NCBI GenBank assembly: GCA_036172245.1
Contig: JAYWIR010000163.1
Location: 1-53,432, forward strand
DNA: 53,432 nucleotides
From: Raillietiella orientalis
Lineage: Eukaryota
Direction: 5' to 3'
Part shown: positions 1 through 10,435 of the stretch, in pieces
Layout of the letters: the number at the start of each line of letters is the position of its first letter
Position numbering within the stretch: position 1 is the first letter of the stretch
Position numbers and translations under genes: made by a program
Notes under the pieces: generated by a model
Database searches by the model: none
Told to the model about the DNA's origin: nothing
The model's input: the letters and a program-made list of their open reading frames with translations, nothing else

Positions 1-180
1 GCGGAGATTTGGACGGAAAATACCACATTGGAAATAGAAAAGATAGACGAATTTCTTTGATGCATTTTAAAGATTCTATTTCTATTCTGGAAGTGGAAGT
101 AGATTGATTCCAACCATTTTGATGTCTCAGGATTGCTTCCGAATTCATCAGGAACCGGCCATGGTCGATTTGGTGCAAGT

Positions 181-2520
181 GCGGAGATTTGGACGGAAAA
201 CACCACATTGGAAATAGAAAAGATAGAGGAATTTCTTTGATGCATTTTGAAGATTCTATTTCTATGCTGGAAGTGGAAGTAGACAGCTTCCAACCATTTT
301 GAGGTCTCAGGATTTCGACCGAATTCTTCGGGAACCGGCCATGGTCGTTTTGGTGCAAGTGCGGAGATTTGGACGGAAAACATCACATTGGAAATAGAAA
401 AGATAGAGGAATTTCTTTGATGCATTTCGAATCTTCTATTTCTATGCTGGAAGTGGAAGTAGACAGCTTCCAACCATTTTCATGTCTCAGGCATGCTACC
501 GAATTCATCCGGAACCGGCCATGGTCGTTTTGGTGCAAGTGCGGAGATTTGGAAGGAAAACACCACATTGGAAATAGAAAACATAGAGGAATTTTTGTGA
601 TGCAATTTGAAGATTCTATTTCTATGCTGGAAGACGAAGTAGATTGCTTCCAACCATTTTGATGTCTCAGGATTGATTCCGAATTCATCGGGAACCGGCC
701 ATGGTCGTTTTGGTGCAAGTGCGGAGATTTGGACGGAAAACACCACATTGGAAATAGAAAAGATAGAGGAATTTCTTGGATGCATTTTGAAGATTCTATT
801 TCTATGCTGGAAGTGGAAGTAGACAGCTTCCAACCATTTTGAGGTCTCAAGATTTCGACCGAATTCTTGGGGAACCGGCCATGGTCGTTTTGGTGCAAGT
901 GCGGAGATTTGGACGGAAAATACCACATTGGAAATAGAAAAGATAGAGGAATTTCTTTGATGCATTTTGAAGATTCTATTTCTATGCTGAAAGTGGAAGT
1001 AGACAGCTTCCAACCATTTTGAGGTCTCAGGATTTCGACCGAATTCTTCGGGAACCGGCCATGGTCGTTTTGGTGCAAGTGCGGAGATTTGGACGGAAAA
1101 TACCACATTGGAAATAGAAAAGATAGAGGAATTTCTTTGATGCATTTTGAAGATTCTATTTCTATGCTGGAAGTGGAAGTAGATTGCTTGCAGCCATTTT
1201 GAGGTCTAACGATTGCGACCGAATTCATCGGGAAGCGACCATGGTCGTTTTGGTGCAAGTGCGAAGATTTAAACGGAACACACCACATTGAAAATAGAAA
1301 AGATAGAGGAATTTTTGTGATGCATTTTGATGATTCTTTTTTTGTGCTGGAAGACGAAGTAGATTGATTCCAACCATTTTGATGTCTCAGGATTGCGACC
1401 GAATTCATCGGGAAGCGACCATGGTCGTTTTGGTGCAAGTGCGGAGATTTGGACGGAACACACCACATTGAAAATAGAAAAGATAGAAGAATTTCTGTGA
1501 TGCATTTTGATGATTCTTTTTTTGTGCTGGAAGACGAAGTAGATTGATTCCAACCATTTTGATGTCTCAGGATTGCTTCCGAATTCATCGGGAACCGGCC
1601 ATGGTCGATTTGGTGCAAGTGCGGAGATTTGGACGGAAAACACCACATTGGAAATAGAAAAGATAGAGGAATTTCTTTGATGCATTTTGAAGATTCTATT
1701 TCTATGCTGGAAGTGGAAGTAGACAGCTTCCAACCATTTTGAGGTCTCAGGATTTCGACCGAATTCTTCGGGAACCGGCCATGGTCGTTTTGGTGCAAGT
1801 GCGGAGATTTGGACGGAAAACATCACATTGGAAATAGAAAAGATAGAGGAATTTCTTTGATGCATTTCGAATCTTCTATTTCTATGCTGGAAGTGGAAGT
1901 AGACAGCTTCCAACCATTTTCATGTCTCAGGCATGCGACCGAATTCATCCGGAACCGGCCATGGTCGTTTTGGTGCAAGTGCGGAGATTTGGAAGGAAAA
2001 CACCACATTGGAAATAGAAAACATAGAGGAATTTTTGTGATGCATTTTGAAGATTCTATTTCTATGCTGGAAGACGAAGTAGATTGCTTCCAACCATTTT
2101 GATGTCTCAGGATTGATTCCGAATTCATCGGGAACCGGCCATGGTCGTTTTGGTGCAAGTGCGGAGATTTGGACGGAAAACACCACATTGGAAATAGAAA
2201 AGATAGAGGAATTTCTTGGATGCATTTTGAAGATTCTATTTCTATGCTGGAAGTGGAAGTAGACAGCTTCCAACCATTTTGAGGTCTCAAGATTTCGACC
2301 GAATTCTTGGGGAACCGGCCATGGTCGTTTTGGTGCAAGTGCGGAGATTTGGACGGAAAATACCACATTGGAAATAGAAAAGATAGAGGAATTTCTTTAA
2401 TGCATTTTGAAGATTCTATTTCTATGCTGGAAGTGGAAGTAGACAGCTTCCAACCATTTTGAGGTCTCAGGATTTCGACCGAATTCTTCGGGAACCGGCC
2501 ATGGTCGTTTTGGTGCAAGT
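181..2520 (+). repeat. 8-monomer (1,440-bp) offset duplication: 181-~1,080 recurs at 1,621-~2,520
   Basis: The ordered markers CATCAC + TTTCGAATCTTC + CATGTCTCAGGCATG, then GGAAGG + GATTGATTCCG, then TCTTGGA + CTCAAG + TCTTGGGG appear at 361-900 and 1801-2340. ORFs at 369 and 1809 differ by 1,440. Confidence 0.9.
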
Positions 2521-4139
2521 GCGGAGATTTGGACGCAAAATACCACATTGGAAATAGAAAAGATAGAGGAATTTCTTTGATGCATTTCGAAGATTCTATT
2601 TCTATGCTGGAAGTGGAAGTAGATTACTTCCAACCATTTTGATGTCTCAGGATTGCTTCCGAATTCATCGGGAACCGGCCATGGTCGTTTTGGTTCAAGT
2701 GCGAAGATTTGGACGGAAAACACCACAATGGAAATAGAAAACATAGAGGAATTTTTGTGATGCATTTTGAAGATTCTATTTCTGTGCTGGAAGTCGAAGT
2801 GGATTGATTCCAACCATTTTGATGTCTAAGGATTGCGACCGAAATAATCGGGAACCGGCCATGGTCGTTTAGGTACAAGTGCGGAGATTTGGACGGAAAA
2901 CACCACATTGGAAATAGAAAAGATAGAGGAATTTTTTGGATGCACTTTAAAGATTCTATTTCTATGCTGGGAGTGGAAGTAGATTGCTTGCAGCCATTTT
3001 GAGGTCTAACGATTGCGACCGAATTCATCGGGAAGCGACCATGGTCGTTTTGGTGCAAGTGCGAAGATTTAAACGGAACACACCACATTGAAAATAGAAA
3101 AGATAGAGGAATTTTTGTGATGCATTTTGATGATTCTTTTTTTGTGCTGGAAGACGAAGTAGATTGATTCCAACCATTTTGATGTCTCAGGATTGCGACC
3201 GAATTCATCGGGAAGCGACCATGGTCGTTTTGGTGCAAGTGCGGAGATTTGGACCGAACACACCACATTGAAAATAGAAAAGATAGAGGAATTTTTGTGA
3301 TGCATTTTGATGATTCTTTTTTTGTGCTGGAAGACGAAGTAGATTGATTCCAACCATTTTGATGTCTCAGGATTGCTTCCGAATTCATCGGGAACCGGCC
3401 ATGGTCGATTTGGTGCAAGTGCGGAGATTTGGACGGAAAACACCACATTGGAAATAGAAAAGATAGAGGAATTTCTTTGATGCATTTTGAAGATTCTATT
3501 TCTATGCTGGAAGTGGAAGTAGACAGCTTCCAACCATTTTGAGGTCTCAGGATTTCGACCGAATTTTCGGGAACCGGCCATGGTCGTTTTGGTGCAAGTG
3601 CGGAGATTTGGACGGAAAACATCACATTGGAAATAGAAAAGATAGAGGAATTTCTTTGATGCATTTCGAATCTTCTATTTCTATGCTGGAAGTGGAAGTA
3701 GACAGCTTCCAACCATTTTCATGTCTCAGGCATGCGACCGAATTCATCCGGAACCGGCCATGGTCGTTTTGGTGCAAGTGCGGAGATTTGGAAGGAAAAC
3801 ACCACATTGGAAATAGAAAACATAGAGGAATTTTTGTGATGCATTTTGAAGATTCTATTTCTATGCTGGAAGACGAAGTAGATTGCTTCCAACCATTTTG
3901 ATGTCTCAGGATTGCTTCCGAATTCATCGGGAACCGGCCATGGTCGTTTTGGTGCAAGTGCGGAGATTTGGACGGAAAACACCACATTGGAAATAGAAAA
4001 GATAGAGGAATTTCTTTGATGCATTTTGAAGATTCTATTTCTATGCTGGAAGTGGAAGTAGACAGCTTCCAACCATTTTGAGGTCTCAAGATTTCGACCG
4101 AATTCTTCGGGAACCGGCCATGGTCGTTTTGGTGCAAGT
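1181..4139 (+). repeat. 10-monomer (1,800/1,799-bp) offset duplication: ~1,181-2,340 recurs at ~2,981-4,139
   Basis: CTTGCAGCC/TCTAACG, TTTAAACGGAACAC/TTGAAAAT and the following monomers recur in the same order. The second copy has a 1-bp deletion at ~3,566. Confidence 0.88.
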
Positions 4140-5756
4140 GCGGAGATTTGGACGGAAAATACCACATTGGAAATAGAAAAGATAGAGGAATTTCTTTGAT
4201 GCATTTTGAAGATTCTATTTCTATGCTGGAAGTGGAAGTAGATTACTTCCAACCATTTTGATGTCTCAGGATTGCTTCCGAATTCATCGGGAACCGGCCA
4301 TGGTCGTTTTGGTTCAAGTGCGAAGATTTGGACGGAAAACACCACAATGGAAATAGAAAACATAGAGGAATTTTTGTGATGCATTTTGAAGATTCTATTT
4401 CTGTGCTGGAAGTCGAAGTGGATTGATTCCAACCATTTTGATGTCTAAGGATTGCGACCGAAATAATCGGGAACCGGCCATGGTCGTTTAGGTACAAGTG
4501 CGGAGATTTGGACGGAAAACACCACATTGGAAATAGAAAAGATAGAGGAATTTTTTGGATGCACTTTAAAGATTCTATTTCTATGCTGGGAGTGGAAGTA
4601 GATTGCTTGCAGCCATTTTGAGGTCTAACGATTGCGACCGAATTCATCGGGAAGCGACCATGGTCGTTTTGGTGCAAGTGCGGAGATTTGGACGGAACAC
4701 ACCACATTGGAAATAGAAAACATAGAGGAATTTTTGTGATGCATTTTGAAGATTATATTTCTATGCTGGAAGACGAAGTAGATTGCTTCAAACCATTTTG
4801 ATGTCTCAGGATTGCTTCCGAATTCATCGGGAACCGGCCATGGTCGTTTTGGTGCAAGTGCGGAGATTTGGACGGAAAACACCACATTGGAAATAGAAAA
4901 GATAGAGGAATTTCTTTGATGCATTTTGAAGATTCTATTTCTATGCTGGAAGTGGAAGTAGACAGCTTCCAACCATTTTGAGGACTCAAGATTTCGACCG
5001 AATTCTTGGGGAACCGGCCATGGTCGTTTTGGTGCAAGTGCGGAGATTTGGACGGAAAATACCACATTGGAAATAGAAAAGATAGAGGAATTTCTTTGAT
5101 GCATTTTGAAGATTCTATTTCTATGCTGAAAGTGGAAGTAGACAGCTTCCAACCATTTTGAGGTCTCAGGATTTCGACCGAATTCTTCGGGAACCGGCCA
5201 TGGTCGTGGTGCAAGTGCGGAGATTTGGACGGAAAATACCACATTGGAAATAGAAAAGATAGAGGAATTTCTTTGATGCATTTTGAAGATTCTATTTCTA
5301 TGCTGGAAGTGGAAGTAGATTACTTCCAACCATTTTGATGTCTCAGGATTGCTTCCGAATTCATCGGGAACCGGCCATGGTCGTTTTGGTTCAAGTGCGA
5401 AGATTTGGACGGAAAACACCACAATGGAAATAGAAAACATAGAGGAATTTTTGTGATGCATTTTGAAGATTCTATTTCTGTGCTGGAAGTCGAAGTGGAT
5501 TGATTCCAACCATTTTGATGTCTAAGGATTGCGACCGAAATAATCGGGAACCGGCCATGGTCGTTTAGGTACAAGTGCGGAGATTTGGACGGAAAACACC
5601 ACATTGGAAATAGAAAAGATTGAGGAATTTTTTGGATGCACTTTAAAGATTCTATTTCTATGCTGGGAGTGGAAGTAGATTGCTTGCAGCCATTTTGAGG
5701 TCTAACGATTGCGACCGAATTCATCGGGAAGCGACCATGGTCGTTTTGGTGCAAGT
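2521..5756 (+). repeat. Three copies of a 3-monomer block (2,521-3,060; 4,140-4,679; 5,217-5,756)
   Basis: Markers GATTACTTCC/GGTTCAAG; CACAATGG/AGTCGAAGTGG/TCTAAGG/GAAATAATC/TAGGTAC; TTTTTGGA/CACTTTAAA/GGGAGT/CTTGCAGCC occur in the same order at all three sites. The middle monomer also occurs alone at 12,775. Confidence 0.9.
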
Positions 5757-8700
5757 GCGAAGATTTAAACGGAACACACCACATTGAAAATAGAAAAGAT
5801 AGAGGAATTTTTGTGATGCATTTTGATGATTCTTTTTTTGTGCTGGAAGACGAAGTAGATTGATTCCAACCATTTTGATGTCTCAGGATTGCGACCGAAT
5901 TCATCGGGAAGCGACCATGGTCGTTTTGGTGCAAGTGCGGAGATTTGGACGGAAAACACCACATTGGAAATAGAAAAGATAGTGGAATTTTTTTGATGCA
6001 TTTTGGGGATTCTATTTCTATGCTGGAAGAGGAAGTAGATTGATTCCAACCATTTTGATATCTCAGGATTGCGACCGAATTCATCGGGAAGCGGCCATGG
6101 TCGTTTACATGCAAGTGCGGAGATTTGGACGGAAAACACCACATTGGAAATAAAAAAGATAGAGGAATTTGTTTGATGCACTTTGAAGATTCTATTTCTA
6201 TGCTGGAAGAGGAAATAGATTGATTCCAACCATTTTGATGTCTCAGGATTGCGACCGAGTTCATCCGGAACCGGCCATGGTCGTGTTGGTGCAAGTGCGA
6301 AGATTTGGAAGGAAAACACCACATTGGAAATAGAAAACATAGAGGAATTTTTGTGATGCATTTTGAAGATTCTATTTCTATGCTGGAAGACGAAGTAGAT
6401 TGCTTCCAACAATTTTGATGTCTCAGGATTGCTTCCGAATTCATCGGGAACTGGCCATGGTCGTTTTGGTGCAAGTGCGGAGATTTGGACGGATAACACC
6501 ACATTGGAAATAGAAAACATAGAGGAATTTTTGTGATGCATTTTGAAGATTCTATTTCTATGCTGGAAGACGAAGTAGATTGCTTCCAACAATTTTGATG
6601 TCTCAGGATTGCTTCCGAATTCATCGGGAACCGGCCATGGTCGTTTTGGTGCAAGTGCGGAGATTTGGATGGAAAATACCACATTGGAAATAGAAAAGAT
6701 AGACGAATTTCTTTGATGCATTTTAAGATTCTATTTCTATGCTGGAAGTGGAAGTAGACAGCTTCCAACCATTCTGAGGTCTCAGGATTTCGACCGAATT
6801 CTTCGGGAACCGGCCATGGTCGTTTTGGTGCAAGTGCGGAGATTTGGACGGAAAATACCACATTGGAAATAGAAAAGATAGAGGAATTTCTTTGATGCAT
6901 TTTGAAGATACTATTTCTATGCTGGAAGTGGAAGTAGACAGCTTCCAACCATTTTGAGGTCTCAGGATTTCGACCGAATTCTTCGGGAACCGGCCATGGT
7001 CGTTTTGGTGCAAGTGCGGAGATTTGGACGGAAAACACCACATTGGAAATAGAAAAGATAGAGGAATTCATTTGATCCATTTTAAAGATTCTATTTCTAT
7101 GCTGGAAGTGGAAGTAGACAGCTTCCAACCATTCTGAGGTCTCAGGATTTCGACCGAATTCTTCGGGAACCGGCCATGGTCGTTTTGGTGCAAGTGCGGA
7201 GATTTGGACGGAAAACATCACATTGGAAATAGAAAAGATAGAGGAATTTCTTTGATGCATTTTGAATATTCTATTTCTATGCTGGAAGTGGAAGTAGACA
7301 GCTTCCAACCATTTTCATGTCTCAGGCATGCGACCGAATTCATCCGGAACCGGCCATGGTCGTTTTGGTGCAAGTGCGGAGATTTAGAAGGAAAACACCA
7401 CATTGGAAATAGAAAACATAGAGGAATTTTTGTGATGCATTTTGAAGATTCTATTTCTATGCTGGAAGACGAAGTAGATTGCTTCCAACCATTTTGATGT
7501 CTCAGGATTGCTACCGAATTCATCGGGAACCGGCCATGGCCGATTTGGTGCAAGTGCGGAGATTTGGACGGAAAACACAACATTGGAAATAGAAAAGATA
7601 GAGGAATTTCTTTGATGCATTTGGAAGATTCTATTTCTATGCTGAAAGTGGAAGTAGACAGCTTCCAACCATTTTGAGGTCTCAGGATTTCGACCGAATT
7701 CTTCGGGAACCGGCCATGGTCGTTTTGGTGCAAGTGCGGAGATTTGGACGGAAAACACCACATTGGAAATAGAAAAGATAGAGGAATTCATTTGATGCAT
7801 TTTGAAGATTCTATTTCTATGCTGGAAGTGGAAGTAGATTGATTCCAACCATTTTGATGTCTCAGGATTGCGACCAAATTCATCGGGAACCGGCCATGTT
7901 CGTTTTGGTGCAAGTGCGAAGTTTTGGACGGAAAACACCACATTGGAAATAGAAAACATAGAGGAATTTTTGTGATGCATTCTGAAGATTCTATTTCTAT
8001 GCTGGAAGACGAAGTAGATTGATTCCAACCATTTCGATGTCTCATTATTGCGACCGAATTCATCGGGAAGCGGCTATGGTCGTTTACATGCAAGTGCGGA
8101 GATTTGGACGGAAAACACCACATTGGAAATAGAAAACATAGAGGAATTTCTTTGATGCATTTTGAAGATTCTATTTCTATGCTGGAAGACGAAGTAGATT
8201 GATTCCAACCATTTCGATGTCTCAGGATTGCGACCGAATTCATCGGGAACCGGCCATGGTCGTTTTGGTGCAAGTGCGAAGATTTGGACGGAAAATACCA
8301 CATTGGAAATAGAAAACATAGAGGAATTTTTGTGATGCATTTTGAAGTTTCTATTTCTGCGCTGGAAGACGAAGTGGATTGATTCCAATCATTTTGATGT
8401 CTCAGGATTGCGACCGAATTCATCGGGAACCGGCCATGGTCGTGTTGGTGCAAGTGCGAAGATTTGGACGGAAAACACCGCATTGGAAATAGAAAACATA
8501 GAGGAATTTTTGTGATGCATTTTGATGATTCTTTTTTTGTGCTGGAAGACGAAGTAGATTGATTCCAACCATTTTGATGTCTCAGGATTGCGACCGAATT
8601 CATCGGGAAGCGGCTATGGTCGTTTACATGCAAGTGCGGAGATTTGGAAGGAACACACCACATTGGAAATAGAAAACATAGAGGAATTTTTGTGATGCAT

Positions 8701-9355
8701 TTTAAAGATTCTATTTCTATGCTGGAAGACGAAGTAGATTGCTTCAAACCATTTTGATGTCTCAGGATTGCTTCCGAATTCATCGGGAACCGGCCATGGT
8801 CGTTTTGGTGCAAGTGCGGAGATTTGGACGGAAAATACCACATTGGAAATAGAAAAGATAGAGGAATTTCTTTGATGCATTTTGAAGAATCTATTTCTAT
8901 GCTGGAAGTGGAAGTAGATTACTTCCAACCATTTTGATGTCTCAGGATTGCTTCCGAATTCATCGGGAACCGGCCATGGTCGATTTGGTGCAAGTGCGGA
9001 GATTTGGACGGAAAACACCACATTGGAAATAGAAAAGATAGAGGAATTTCTTTGATGCATTTTGAAGATTCTATTTCTATGCTGGAAGTGGAAGTAGACA
9101 GCTTCCAACCATTTTGAGGTCTCAGGATTTCGACCGAATTCTTCGGGAACCGGCCATGGTCGTTTTGGTGCAAGTGCGGAGATTTGGACGGAAAATACCA
9201 CATTGGAAATAGAAAAGATAGAGGAATTTCTTTGATGCATTTTGAAGATTCTATTTCTATGCTGGAAGTGGAAGTAGACAGCTTCCAACCATTTTGAGGT
9301 CTCAGGATTTCGATTGAATTCTTCGGGAACCGGCCATGGTCGTTTTGGTGCAAGT

Positions 9356-10435
9356 GCGGAGATTTGGACGGAAAATACCACATTGGAAATAGAAAAGATA
9401 GACGAATTTCTTTGATGCATTTTAAAGATTCTATTTCTATTCTGGAAGTGGAAGTAGATTGATTCCAACCATTTTGATGTCTCAGGATTGCTAACGAATT
9501 CATCGGGAACCGGCCATGGTCGATTTGGTGCAAGTGCGGAGATTTGGACGGAAAACACCACATTGGAAATAGAAAAGATAGAGGAATTTCTTTGATGCAT
9601 TTTGAAGATTCTATTTCTATGCTGGAAGTGGAAGTAGACAGCTTCCAACCATTTTGAGGTCTCAGGATTTCGACCGAATTCTTCGGGAACCGGCCATGGT
9701 CGTTTTGGTGCAAGTGCGGAGATTTGGACGGAAAACATCACATTGGAAATAGAAAAGATAGAGGAATTTCTTTGATGCATTTCGAATCTTCTATTTCTAT
9801 GCTGGAAGTGGAAGTAGACAGCTTCCAACCATTTTCATGTCTCAGGCATGCGACCGAATTCATCCGGAACCGGCCATGGTCGTTTTGGTGCAAGTGCGGA
9901 GATTTGGAAGGAAAACACCACATTGGAAATAGAAAACATAGAGGAATTTTTGTGATGCATTTTGAAGATTCTATTTCTATGCTGGAAGACGAAGTAGATT
10001 GCTTCCAACCATTTTGATGTCTCAGGATTGATTCCGAATTCATCGGGAACCGGCCATGGTCGTTTTGGTGCAAGTGCGGAGATTTGGACGGAAAACACCA
10101 CATTGGAAATAGAAAAGATAGAGGAATTTCTTGGATGCATTTTGAAGATTCTATTTCTATGCTGGAAGTGGAAGTAGACAGCTTCCAACCATTTTGAGGT
10201 CTCAAGATTTCGACCGAATTCTTGGGGAACCGGCCATGGTCGTTTTGGTGCAAGTGCGGAGATTTGGACGGAAAATACCACATTGGAAATAGAAAAGATA
10301 GAGGAATTTCTTTGATGCATTTTGAAGATTCTATTTCTATGCTGAAAGTGGAAGTAGACAGCTTCCAACCATTTTGAGGTCTCAGGATTTCGACCGAATT
10401 CTTCGGGAACCGGCCATGGTCGTTTTGGTGCAAGT
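9356..10435 (+). repeat. 6-monomer copy of positions 1-1,080 (offset 9,355 bp = 52 monomers)
   Basis: It starts with the rare GATAGACGAA + TTTTAAAG + CTATTCTGG monomer and continues with the same ordered markers, including GCTGAAAGT (988 and ~10,343). Only a few differences were seen. Confidence 0.9.

Noticed and set aside
1..180. Identity with Arabidopsis CEN178/180, maize knob180 or primate alpha satellite
   Set aside because: Only the length is similar; the sequence does not resemble those consensuses as I recall them. No species is assigned.
1..180. Monomer derived from 60- or 90-bp sub-repeats
   Set aside because: Thirds and halves do not align. Only short echoes exist (CATTTTGA at 63 and 115, TGGAAG twice, scattered GATT/GGAA), which is insufficient.
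369..662. Short plus-strand ORFs (MDGKHHIGNRK...)
   Set aside because: They have TTG starts inside the repeat and are open only where variants remove the TGA codons at monomer positions 105 and 120. They track duplicated blocks, not genes.
2868..2874. TTTAGG telomere-like motif in some monomers
   Set aside because: It is a single-base variant of TTTTGG and never occurs in tandem.
5320..7308. 662-aa and other long minus-strand ORFs (383-1798, 8614-9828, 17681-19042, 33886-35202, 34782-36017) as repeat-protein genes
   Set aside because: They are translations of the satellite. Two overlapping frames are equally open, ORFs switch frame at 1-bp indels, stops occur sporadically, and there are no unique termini, recognisable domains or flanking gene context.
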